NCBI GenBank assembly: GCA_965235115.1
Contig: OZ249436.1
Location: forward strand, 54,190,001 to 54,254,000
Origin: Laetmonice hystrix
Taxonomy: Eukaryota
Direction of reading: 5' to 3'
Length of the DNA: 64,000 nt
In this document: positions 1 to 17,626 of the stretch, one piece after another
Layout: each line of letters starts with the position of its first letter
Position numbering within the stretch: the stretch's first letter is position 1
The notes under the pieces: model-generated
What the model was told of the DNA's origin: nothing
The model's input: only the letters and a program-made list of their open reading frames with translations
The model's database searches: none
Made by a program: the position numbers and the translations under genes

Positions 1-22
1 ATCTCAGTCACGTGTATAGTAC

Positions 23-215
23 CTTTCAAAGAACATTTCAAGTTGTTGAAATACAACAAGTCAACAAGACAATAGTTGTTCATATAGAGTCTGGACCCCA
101 CTGTTTAATCGATAAGGGCAGACAGTGCTCTGGCAGCGTAGGTACTGAATCAAGCAATACTGAGCGCCTGTCTGGCTGTCGATTACTGTCTGGGTACGTG
201 CTCAGTGACCTTGAG
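23..215 (-). other. Possible exon of an unidentified gene leaving the window to the left
   Basis: Acceptor tgccaatag and donor AAAG|gtac bracket the segment. Possible start MNNYCLVDLLYFNNLKCSLK. Upstream CpG-rich region (1300-1560) with CRE GTGACGTCAC and a donor near 1304. No recognisable homology. Confidence 0.25.
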
Positions 216-3200
216 CTATTGGCAAGCAGAACATCGAACTCTTGTATAATTTCACACAGAAAAGAAGCACTTCATTATAATGCAATACACACACCCTTTC
301 TATACTGCTATATCACTATGTAAACCTATACAATGTATTTCATTTTACGTGGACCTACGCGAATGGTAAATTTAAAGTAGGCGTATATAACCTATACAAT
401 CTAATTAAAATTAGATCTTGGTATTCCGCGTCTCTCTCGGCTGATTAGACAAAATAACATAGGTAGATAAGAGTTAATAATGGATTGTGAATTTATCTGA
501 ATACAGTCAGAAAACCCACATCTGATCCGTTGCTATAGTGCCGTTCTCCCTGTCTTTGTATACGATTTTTCAAACAAATAACCAAACAAAGGTAGATACC
601 GCGAAGAATGATTTCTTTGCCACTTACAGACCAGTGCTTCCTCATTACCGCAGGCGCAAACATGTGCACTGACCGCTCCATTCTCCTTTATGAATATTAT
701 CCTGGGAGTATCTACAAAAAATGAAATTGTCTATATATGATAAACTTCCTTGGAAGTGAAAGGTATATCTGAACAGCCACCCGAAATAAGCGCATGAATG
801 CTTGCAAAGTTCGCCTTACATATTGCTGAACATTTCGTCAGCCACTGCGTGGCAAAATGTCACCCTGTGCCTATACCGTGCAGAAGGCCAATAGCTGCAT
901 GTTTGCCTGACCGTCTGGAAAACTCTCCAACGGCATGCTTTCTATAGATTTTATCCCGTACTATAATATAAATTAAGTAGGCTTATACACAAAGATGTGC
1001 TTTGTCGTGAACAGGTCTACATAAAGTTCCCAGAACTGATCGAGTTGGAATGTTATAACAACGCGCACTGAAGATATATGTGAACACATATCGCTCGACT
1101 CCCATCCCGGACACGAGCACCGGTCGCTCGCGCTTCAATGTCGAATGAATGAATGAATGAATGAAATGTGTTACTTATACCCTGCATATTTTCACTTGTA
1201 TCAATTCATTGTCCCATCTATGGTTAAATCTTTCAAGAATTAGTCACATCTTCCACTAGATTATCTCTACAATTCCCAACCAAAGGATGTGTATAGTGAC
1301 ATACCTTGATGAAGGCGCACACGTGATTCCACCTCTGTCGACTGACTGACTGAGTTAGTAGCATGCACTAAGTGCACCGGCGGCTGCTATAGGGATATTA
1401 ATGCGCCCGTATGTGACTGGCTGAACCGGGCCACTCCCTCCTGTATCCTGGTAACGCCGCGTGACGTCACCAAGCGTCTCTCCCACGGGTGCACATGGTC
1501 ACGGCCGTCACAGATGTAGGTGCGTCCCCCGCAAGGTCACGACAAACGCGGGCAGAATGTTAAACTCTATAAGAACCCCCCCCCCCCCAATACAAGCAAG
1601 ACCCCGTCGGAGTCACAGACCCAAATAGGGTAGGGTTAATTATCTGTGGGTCTAGGAACTATGTAGGCCTACTTTGTATTATTGAGATACAGGCCATATG
1701 TGAGAACATCCGTGAAACACAGGTGTAGGCAGAACTGAGATATGGGGGGTTACCAACTGAGATGGCGGGGGGGGGGGGGGGGGGGGGTCCCAACCATCAA
1801 CCATAATATTAGTAATTCATTTAGATCTATTTAGTTATTTATTTAGCTATTAATTATCTTTTTTGGGGGAGGGGGGTTCCGGGCAACCCGGAAGCCCCTC
1901 TGCGGCTAGAAACATGAATCGCATTTGAAACTCACATATCTTCATCCATCATTTGTAGAAACTCTTTTATCTGGAAGTGTTTTCGAGATATTAATCGTTG
2001 AAAATGTTCCTGACCTTGATCGACCTCACAAGGTCACTCAACGTCAACGTAAAGGAAAATAGTGACAAAGGAAATTTAATATCACTTCCTATAGTTTATA
2101 GAAAGTAGGTCTATATGCATGGTTTCCTTGTTCACTTTAAATCTGAACACAACATAAATTCGGCACTCTTCTTGCACCTCAAACTCATAGGCCTTCTCTT
2201 ATCACCAATTTTGAAAGAAATCTTTCTAGATCTATTGCTCTCAAAGTGTTATTTTGGAGGTCAAAAACCAAATATGGCCGCCATGTCGCTATATATTTGC
2301 TCTGAACTAAGAATACATATAGGGGAAGGTGGGGCATAACGGAACCATTAATTTTGACACTTTGTAACGCATTTGTGCTTACACTCAGGATCCTCATATC
2401 CACGGATCCAATACATGCTTACGTCATCTTTAGAATAATAATGATGAAGAGTACCATACCTATCAACTTCCTGATATAATGGACAAAATATTTTTTTCTG
2501 GCAGAGGACCACTTTGCCCCATGGGTCGGGTAATATGGCACCCCCCTATGGGGCAATATGGAACCCCCTGTTCCGTTTTGCCCCAGCTAGATCTAAATCT
2601 ATAAAAGAATACCGAGGTCTTAATGAAAACAAATGGTTTTGACAGACAACAATATTCAAAATGGTTTAATTCACCATTCACTAACTTAGTTATTGATCAA
2701 GCAGAACCGTCTTCATACCTTTTAGATGAAGAAAACCTCAGAATGGAAAAAAATAAAATTGTGTTTAGATTTTCTACACCATAGTCCTTTTAATGAACAC
2801 TAGTTCTGAATAGTCCTAAACTTCTATCTATAAGTTAACTCCAAAGCCATTTTTCCAACTCTTGATCGTAATATGTTGAGACTGGCTTCATAAAACATGC
2901 AGCCGTTGGATGTAAGTGGGCGGAGTGTCCATCTAAGATCAACAGGACGGGGGTTTCGATTGCAGGGGGGGGGGGAGAGATTTTATGAATAAATTTCGGC
3001 TCCAATTTCTTCGAGAAACATAATCTGGCTCCTTCTGTGGTTGAAAGAAATATACCAGAAAATAGAAAGAAATTTTCTGGCTCTGAAATTGTGCGAAAAA
3101 AATATTCTTCTAAACCAAATCTTCCTTACCCCCCCCCCCCCCCCCCCCCATAAAGTTAAATGGTTGGCCCCTAAGGCTAAGGCTAGTAACAGTGTAGGCC

Positions 3201-4449
3201 TAAGTGTAAAACAATCAAAAGTCAACATCCCATTTCCCTTCTGACAGGAGAATTGGATAATTATTAAAGAAAATATTTTCGAGATTACTTTTGGCCTAAT
3301 GGAATGATAATAATCAGCAGGCGGGGCAAAATGGAACACCTGGGCCTGGTTTTTAGTTCGTCATTTTACCAATCTTAAGACTGGAATTTTAAGACTGACT
3401 TGTGTTATGGTCTCTCACTGGTTGACTTCATTTGAAGGACCAATCAGAAGCTCTGAAACAAGAGTTCCGTCTTAAGATTTGAATCTTTGCAAACTAAATA
3501 CCTGGGCAGGCGGGGCATAATGGAACACGGGTCCATTCTGCCCCATCTCATAATGGACCATTTTGCCTCAAGGTCATTTTAGTCGACTGGGACTCCGCAG
3601 CCAGAAATCGGCTGGGAAGCTGTCGATCATATTCTTTGATTAGGCTAACTGAAACATTATCTTCACAGGCAAGGTTAGGTTTTTCGAAATCTCTGATCAT
3701 AATTGGAACTACCGACCTCAGAAAATGTGCTTACCCTATATCAGAAGGGTCAAAATTATTTGTGCCTCTCAATATCCTGCCACGTTGTACGTCCGACCTG
3801 GATATTTTGACGTCATGCCCTGGTGGCTAGACTCTATAATTACACAAAACGTCGCAAGGCGGCAGCACCTCCAAGGTATAGATCTAAACAAATTCCACTT
3901 TGCCCCATGGTTCCATTTTGCCCCACTTTGGGATTGCCCCTCATATGCTTCTACCTTGCACCAAATTTGAAAGAAGTTTGGATCGTTTTGTCTGAGACTT
4001 ATTGCCCGAAATGTGTTTAAATCCAAGGTGGCTGCTAAGCGGCCATTTTGAATTATATCAGAAAATATTTGACTTGCATCATCCTCAGACCATCCCTGAT
4101 CATTCAGTAAATTTCATGCAAATTCACCCAATTCTAGTTGAGGGATAAAACGTACTGCGTAACGATGATAGATTTCTATCCAGGCCTGCGTATCTTTAAA
4201 GTACGTTGTGGTTTACTCACACAGGGGTGCTTCCTCATAACAGCCATACTGAAGAGACCGCCGAGGCTCTTGTCGGATGCCATGGTGCAGTTTAGGCCTG
4301 GTGATCTTAACGCTGTGAAGATCAAACCTGCAAATTATTATCCAAGACCATTTTGGGCCATTTATAAAACAGAATAAAAAAGAAAAGAAAAACAAAGCAG
4401 GGAAGGGGGGGGGGGGCTAGCCTAACACTAGAGATCGATATGCTTATGG

Positions 4450-5005
4450 CAGGGCTGTCCAAAGTTGCAGCTGCTTGGTGCGCAGCACATCCAAATCTGC
4501 GCACCAGAACTATCAACCCCAGCAAATTAGTTTAGAAGCCGGGAGGGGGCAGTCCCCACCAATTCGGGCAAAACAGTGGGGACAATTCAGGCAAAGCAAC
4601 CAAATTTCGAGCAAATCAACCCCTCTGCCCCCCAAAGTCAGAGTCCCCACACGCCCATTTTAGCAGCTATTTTACAAGAAACTTAACTTAGAAAGGGGAT
4701 GAGTGTAGGTATAGGCGGCAGAGGTGTTGGGAAACAGACGGCCAAGTATAATCTTTTCAAATTAAAGTCAAATCTGCTAAACTTTGCCCCCCCAAAAGTA
4801 CTCTCTCCGTCACGCTTACTCCTGGGAGATTAAATGCGTGGTTACAGTGCTTTGGACTTTTATGGGTCACTGGAGGACCACCAAATCAAATGCGTCACCT
4901 AGGCCTGTTCCCAAATCAATCTGTCGCTCAGTTTTTTCCTTGTCGCATTTGCGTTGTTGTTGTCGCTCCAATATTATGCGACATAGCGACAAGTGGACAG
5001 CCCTG
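4450..5005. mobile_element. Non-autonomous hAT-like element, 6-bp TSD
   Basis: TIR CAGGGCTGTCCA / TGGACAGCCCTG; TSD TTATGG at 4444-49 and 5006-11. Confidence 0.85.
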
Positions 5006-5946
5006 TTATGGGTCTAGCCTATACCTCCGTGTTGACTGCGCATAAATTATGGACAGCCCGGAAAATCCCGATTTCGTCGGGATTAGATATATGGGTATCC
5101 CGATTTTGCGTTAAAATTCCGAGAACCACGGCCGGGATAGGAAAAAAATCCAGATTTATAAAAGATTGTGAAGTCCTGTTCCCACGAACGAGCCATTATT
5201 ATTTTCGTATAATTTAATACGAGGAACGAAGGGAATGAGAATTTGGACATTGCAATAAATGATCAGTTTCCGCCTAATCTACTGCTCGAATTTAGGCCTA
5301 TTTATTTAGATATTTATTTTTATTTTAGACTAATAGATCGGGTAAGTGGCGTTTCAGGGCAGATTCCACAGATTTCCCCTATAATTTAACCGATTTGGAA
5401 GGGTCCATAGGCTGGACACTCTGCATTTAGATAGTTTGAACTTATAAGTATAAAAGTAACCTACCGAGCCGAACATGGAGTTGATCGAAAAAGGATTGCT
5501 ACTGGTAACCAATGGCGTGCAATTCGGGAGTGACATAACAACATTCAAGGCTTGTTTACGATGACGTCATAATACAAGTGTCTATGACGCAATCCAATGG
5601 TTGCCAAACGCTTTTGTTTAATTCTTAATTGTGACGTAACGTCCCACGGCTTTCATCCTCGTTTCCTTTTGACAATCAGGTATTCATGACAATACGTCAC
5701 AATCTGTATTGTTAGGTCTTGGCGTTTCATGTGTTGGTGTTTTTAGTGCAAACCGAAGAACTCTAGATCTAACTTGTTGTGGCAAGAAAATTTCATTTAA
5801 CGCCAGTTTACATACAGTAATTATCCTGAGTAATTTAAATCAATGAGCTTTCCGTTTACTCTTCACTTGAATGAACCTTCATTGAAAGTGTAAGACGTAG
5901 CTACGGACATGTAACAATGTAACGTTTCTTCTTGATTCTGTGTAAC

Positions 5947-5970
5947 CATAGAACGTGTTACAGTTCTATG
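5947..5970. mobile_element. 24-bp P-superfamily-like micro-element or excision footprint
   Basis: CATAGAAC-gtgttaca-GTTCTATG flanked by 7-bp direct repeat GTGTAAC. Confidence 0.7.
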
Positions 5971-6142
5971 GTGTAACCAAGGGCAAGGATGGTGTTAGGT
6001 GTGATGATCTCAAATAAAAATATACCCTGCATCAGTGATGGATTCCCGATAGGATAATACAGTAGACTTCGCATATAACGGCCTTGCATATACCAGACAG
6101 ACAAAAATCTCTGGTCCCAATCGGACCCCCCATTGGACAGAG

Positions 6143-6165
6143 CATAGACCTACTTCAGGTCTATG
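6143..6165. mobile_element. 23-bp P-superfamily-like micro-element or excision footprint
   Basis: CATAGACCT-acttc-AGGTCTATG flanked by 7-bp direct repeat GACAGAG. Confidence 0.7.
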
Positions 6166-6185
6166 GACAGAGCCAGAGGACCGCT

Positions 6186-6433
6186 CAGGGCCGGATCCAG
6201 AGGGGGGGGGGGGGGGGGGTGTTGCAACCCCCCTTAGAAATCTAGAAAAATTCTATCTGAACATGCTAAAGCCAGATTTCCACCAGATTGCCCCAATGCA
6301 CAGTGCTATTTTAGTTGCCAAAGGAGCAAAATATAAATGTAATATCTTATAATAAATAATATAATAAAGTGCTTTTTCATCTGTCAAGTTGTTGCAACCC
6401 CCTCCCTTGAAAAAAATACTGGATCCGGCCCTG
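6186..6433. mobile_element. G-tract MITE with 5-bp TSD
   Basis: TIR CAGGGCCGGATCCAG; TSD CCGCT at 6181-85 and 6434-38. Confidence 0.85.
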
Positions 6434-7098
6434 CCGCTTATATTACAAAATACATGTATATAGAACCCCCCTCTTTTCTTGTCTCCATCAATGGAAGCCC
6501 TGGCGGTAAGCGTACTTCTTTCCAAAAGGTCCACTCATTGCAAAACAATATATAGTAGGCCCACATTTTTCCAAAATACTTCACTTTCCTCCCAGAACGA
6601 CCCACCCCTTTGGACATCCTGCTCTAGACTGTATGACTAGGATGTTTTCATATGAATAATTAATAAAATTAGCAAGCAATATAGATTATAGGCCTTAGCG
6701 AAACGACGATGCATGTAAATCAAAAAACATTATACGGCGTAGGCCTACAGTTATTCTGGCTGCATGCTAATTGATTTTGGCTGGATAAATATAGATCTCC
6801 CTGCCCACCATCAGTCGTGTAAAAAAAATAGGAAAATAGGAATTTGCTGTGCCAAAAAAAATAGGAATAAAATAGGAATATCAAAGAGAAAATATATGGA
6901 AAATAGGAATTTTTTTGAATAGTCACTATTGACTTAGATAAATATGTAATCTTTTTTTACTAATTCCTTGAGATTCTAAAGCTTAATCCTTGTAAAAAAA
7001 TGTGCAGCGACGAGGAGGTCTTCACTTTATTGAAATTCACGCAACTTTACGGTTTATAAAAATCGACAAAAGACATGGGTAGGAATATTTTAGGGATA

Positions 7099-7192
7099 TG
7101 TGTACTTAACGATCCCTCGTTTAGGCGACCACCCGCCACTAGCGACCACTTTCTCTCTGCAGCAGGGGTGGTCTTTAACAGGGGGACCACTG
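7099..7192 (+). mobile_element. Isolated right end of the same Tigger family
   Basis: Near-identical to 41632-41725 (cctcgtttaggcgaccacccgccactagcgaccactttctctctgcagcaggggtggtc...gggggaccactg|ta). Embedded in an AAAATAGGAA-rich repeat (about 6815-7255). Confidence 0.85.
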
Positions 7193-7392
7193 TACTGCCC
7201 AAAAAATAGGAAAAGATAGGAATTTTACTCCAAAAATAGGAATCAATAGGAATGATGGCTAATATGCATTAATTCCCTATGTATTGAAGATATCGTTTTA
7301 TACATCACATGCACATTGTACTTCTTTTGAATTTATACATATCTTTATTAATTAGGCACCTTTCAATATCTCAGTAGAACTGACGTTGCATT

Positions 7393-13172
<5,780 letters not shown>

Positions 13173-13507
13173 TTCTTCGGATTAAAGAGGACTTTTAAAG
13201 GCTAGAAAGAAAAGCAAACAGATGTAGTATATCGAATAGGCACTACTAGTACTACACTACAGTCATTACAGTACTAGCCTGGCCTAACTAAGCCAGCTTG
13301 TTGTTACTGAATACTGTGTTGTTACTGTGTTTGTATCATTTCGAAATTTGACAGTCACTGACACTACTCACTGGTCTACACTTAGACGTGGACACCCTTA
13401 ACAGCTTTGCGTTAAGGATGTGGGACAAGCCATAGAGAATTTACCAAATGCGTGGGTTGGCTCGGTTTCAACGCCGATTTCAAATCCCTGTCGCGATGTC
13501 TACTTAC

Positions 13508-13720
13508 AATAAAATGCCCATGTTAATGTGTATAGTGTTCGCTAGGATCTTGGTCAAGGAATTGTCTATTCCGAAGGTGATTTTGACTTGTCAGGCCTTT
13601 TGTTGTAAGTTCAGTCTGACTTATTAAAACTCTCCGTCGCCATTCGGCTCCGTGATAACATGAATCAGCTGGTTCCGGTTCCATTTGCACATGCGCAGCA
13701 CCGACAGACAACAATGGCGG
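13508..13720 (-). promoter_or_regulatory. Putative FDXR promoter and non-coding first exon
   Basis: The ATG exon is preceded by an acceptor (gcttttctttctag, AG at 13203-13202), so an upstream UTR exon is expected. Strong donor ATT|GTAAGTA at 13508/13507. CpG-richer stretch with YY1-like ATGGCG motifs on both strands (about 13636 and 13713). Confidence 0.5.
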
Positions 13721-14584
13721 ACAGGAACGAATCTTCGATTTGCTTCGATTCAGGGTATAACAACGGCCGTAATATATTACAGAAGGAGCTCATTACTTCC
13801 TAAACAGTGCGCTGCACGTCGTCAGATGTAAATGGAAGTAATCATGTATTCGTAGAGATATGAATCGGTGCCGTTTCTTTATTTGAAGGGATTTTGCAAA
13901 TTCTCTATGACGTTTCCAACGACCCTAACACGCTATAGGTCTACTCGCCATAAAACAAAACTATATTTCAATATGCACATAAGTTACATAACGTTTTGGC
14001 AGTGTCCAAAAAAGCAAGAGTCAATTTTATCTTAATGAAAAGTGATATATTAACACCAAGAAATCGCTTTATGCAACATTTTCTAATATAATTGACAAAA
14101 AAATGGAATTTTTATTTTCAATGCACAGTTTTCCCCTATTATCGCCCACAAGACGTCTGCATTTGGCGTGCCTACATTCGATATTCGATTGTATTGATAC
14201 TGATAAAAGTTTGTTGACACATTAAATTCCAGCAGAAAACGTAGTAAAATGTTCTTATATTTTGTTTTAACTTTGTTGTACCCATTTAGAACTTTTAAAC
14301 AAACTTTTAGCACCAATCATGGCCGAAATCGGTAAACTAAAACTAAAGACTAAAGTTGAGTTGTAACTGCAAGATGAAGAGCTAGGTTAAAAACCAACTT
14401 CCCCAGCAGGTGGCAGCCTATGTATGCCAAGACGGGTCCTAATGTCCATGATATCAAATGAATAACCTCGATTTCCTAATTATAGGCTAGCGCTTTTGAT
14501 TTGAATCTAGTTTAGTCCCACGTAATTCCCGAAGAACCGTACGGAGCGCAGAGTGTTTCCGACGGCAGCATGTGGTTTGTGACG

Positions 14585-14922
14585 CCGGTGTCGCGGTCTC
14601 AGAGTCAGATCTCCGTTGGTCTCAGCACTCCGGGGGCATGGTTTAGATGCTGAATCTGACTAAGTGAGCATGCGCGAGTCGCTGTTTGGGCTCACACCTC
14701 CGGTCGTCTGCTACCTGATGGGCGGTGGAGTTTTCTTCCAAACAAGACTAAAGGACAGTCTGGATAGGTAAACTGTAAACCAAGTATCGTAGAGGAGATG
14801 AGAGTTATTACGTGTGACTCAACTGAGAGCTGATATTTCGGATAGTTAGACTAGAACACACGGCAATGCAGCTAACCTCCCGGAGATCTGAGACCACGGA
14901 GATCTGAGACCGCGGAGCCCCG
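14585..14922 (-). mobile_element. MITE, diverged inverted copy of 21600-21936
   Basis: Shares CCGGTGTCGCGGTCT terminus and internal blocks (ggagttttcttccaaaca, ctgatatttcggatagtt, tgcagctaacctcccggagat) in reverse orientation. Confidence 0.8.
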
Positions 14923-15289
14923 TACGCCGGCTCAGTGCGTAGCGGTTGGTGTGCAGTGGCAGTGGCCAATAGGCTATACATTGTAGTATGTCATGTAGTC
15001 AGTAGACGTGGATATTGACGTAGGTGCACGTATCTTAATTATTGTTAAATGACAGCTTTATCTCTGGAAAGGTACAAGACTGTGTCAAGTCTCAAGAGTA
15101 GCAGAAGCCGCTTCAAGCTCTTGGTGCTGTTGAGTGTTGTGTAGCTTTGTGTTGTGGGCTTGTTCTCAAGTTGTTGAGGGAGTCTCTCATTCTCAGCCGG
15201 CTGGGCGGTTGTTTGCAGAACTTTGTAAGTTGTGAATCCATTGGACTGGGGCTGCCGAGGAAGGTAGCCTAATACTAGTAATAGGCTAA

Positions 15290-16300
15290 TGACTAATATG
15301 TCTGATTTTATCCGGCCCTTCCCTCAACGAGACAGTGATTGTGATTTTACTCCTTCAGGCCTTGTTGAAATCTAGTCATTAAAAAAAACTCCAAATCCAA
15401 TGGCGGATTTAACTTTAATCTTAAAGGGGGAGGGGGGACTGGGGGTTGCAACTCTCCCGTTACGAAGTAATTTATTCTTTTTTCCTTTTTCCTGCTTGAC
15501 AGGTTCTCACAAAACGCAGTGGCGGATCTGGGGGGGGGGGGGTGGGGGGGGGGGGGGTGGGGGTGGCGACGTCCAGACCCCCACCCCCACCTCCCACCCA
15601 CTCAAATTTCCTCAAGTTCCCTTTTTACAACCAAAATGAATATTTTTACAACCAAAAGACTGAAAAGTTTTTTTTTTACAACGGACCCCTCCCCCGAATA
15701 AAGCTCCTATATATAGGTCCGGCCCTGCAACAACAACCCCCGCTGGCATAATACCCCCCCCCCCCAACCCCCGGTTAGCGCAAACCTAGATCCGCGCCTG
15801 AAGGGGTTGTAAAGGGGTTGGCCATGGGCCTATCTCAGTTCAATGGCAAGATGGGTGACTAGAGTAGAGTACCCCCCCCCCCCAAGGCTAAAGCCTATAT
15901 AATTAAAACATGGTGGGTCCACAAATACATAAATTAATACGTGTATGATAATGTCCTCGCCCACCCTATGTGTTCTCCACAATATCGGATTCCCCCCCCC
16001 CCCCCGGGCCCTCCCCGCCCCCCCCCCCCCTCCCCACCTCAGAAAATGATTGCAGCAACTGAGACTGAAATTGTCCTGCCAACACTAATTTTGTACAGAA
16101 TCTACTCCTGATTTCAATCATCCTACTAATGCCAGTAACAGCACTGGAAACAGCACCGGCAGATCCAGGATTTTGTGAAGTGGGGGGGGGGGGGGGGGGG
16201 TCCAACATGGAATGTCGGTTAATACAGGAAGAGAGAGGAAGAAAAATCACAGTGTCAATAAAGGAAGGGTCCTGACCTTCTCCCCCTGGCTCCAATGAGG
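15290..16300. mobile_element. Cluster of nested or fragmented G/C-tract MITEs
   Basis: Multiple CAGTGGCGGAT / GATCCGCGCCTG-type ends and poly-G/C tracts. The 15517 copy resembles the one at 18332. Confidence 0.65.
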
Positions 16301-16335
16301 GTTACCTAATAGTCTAAATTTCACGTTGAACACAT

Positions 16336-16700
16336 CAGGCCTTGCCGTTTGACGGGCGCGATCGCGCTTGCGCCCCTAAGCGCCCGCAAAACCTGTTTCA
16401 GAAGCGCTGTTTATCGCGCCCCTCAACTTCACTGACTGAGGTGAACCTTCAGCCATGTCTGAGGCAACCTCAAAAACGCTCTCTGTCTCCTGCTTGTCCC
16501 CCAGTCATTAATGAGTCAATCATTTCCTAGACGGCTCCCAGGACCTCTTTAGCCTATGCCAAACCTGATAAACTATACCCTGACCTGGAAATACCCAAAC
16601 GTGGGACAGGAACGATTTCTAGGGGAGTGATGTAGCTCTCCTCGGATAACCAAGGGGAGTGATGGATCGCTCCCGTAAAGATTTCAAACGGCAAGCACTG
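16336..16700. mobile_element. Non-autonomous hAT-like element, 6-bp TSD
   Basis: TIR CAG(GC/TG)CTTGCCGTTTGA; TSD ACACAT at 16330-35 and 16701-06. Confidence 0.85.
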
Positions 16701-17283
16701 ACACATACTGGTTTTACACTGAATTTTATTTTATTTTAAGCATCAATAATGACCCCGCCCCCCCATCTCCTAAAAAAAAGAGTTTACGGCAACATGATCA
16801 TCTTTAATGCACACATAAAACCAGATAATTCAAATCCTATTCTGTTCACTTTGGTCCCCGCCATATAACTCAATCTCAAGCATATAAGACATTTTGGAAA
16901 CAAATGCACTTGTTAAATGATTATAATTTGTGCATCAGCGTAAGTTACTACTCTTTGGATTTGATTCGCCTTGCCTGGAGGGCAGGGAATTATAGGCCTA
17001 CATATAAATGTGAAACATTACAAGTGCTAAATTATAAACTGCTGATTAGAAAGAGTATTCAAAGACAGATAAATAAACGTCTACCTAGTCTAGAACTAAA
17101 TTTTGTAGTTAAATTTTATTGTTTCTGCTAGATCATTAAAGCTCGGTATGATATCTGGAGTTTGGGGGAAAAGTAAAGATAGTCCAGACCATAAATTATA
17201 GGTCTTGTACGAATTATGATTCATACTTATACTATCAAACGTACCCAGCTTTGAACCTATGCTAAATATCTTCTTGGCATTAA

Positions 17284-17626
17284 AGGTGCTATTCGTCTCG
17301 CTCAGAATGGCATTTCTCCTATCATACATTGTGCACATAGTACTAGAAAAAATTCCAAAATTCCTACCGATACCATTGGCCTGATAAACCTTCTATTAGT
17401 TTGTTTGCAGCATTTGAAACCTATCCCGGTGTGCACCGAGATAGAGCCATTTCCTATGGTGGGGCGTGTTAGGGTCTCCACAGGCCTTCTGAGAGAGCCC
17501 CATTTGTGCCATTATGCATGAAAAATTTTGATTTCCTTTGTTGTGAATCTATTTCCATTTGATCACATAAACGTCAACAAAATATAAAAAATAAAAATAT
17601 TGAACTTTTTTCCACGAATAGCACCT
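17284..17626. mobile_element. Kolobok-like MITE
   Basis: TIR AGGTGCTATTCGT; flanked by TTAA (left) and TCAA (right). Abuts a Harbinger-like MITE at about 17630-17983 (AGGGGTGG.TCAACATTTT ends). Confidence 0.7.
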
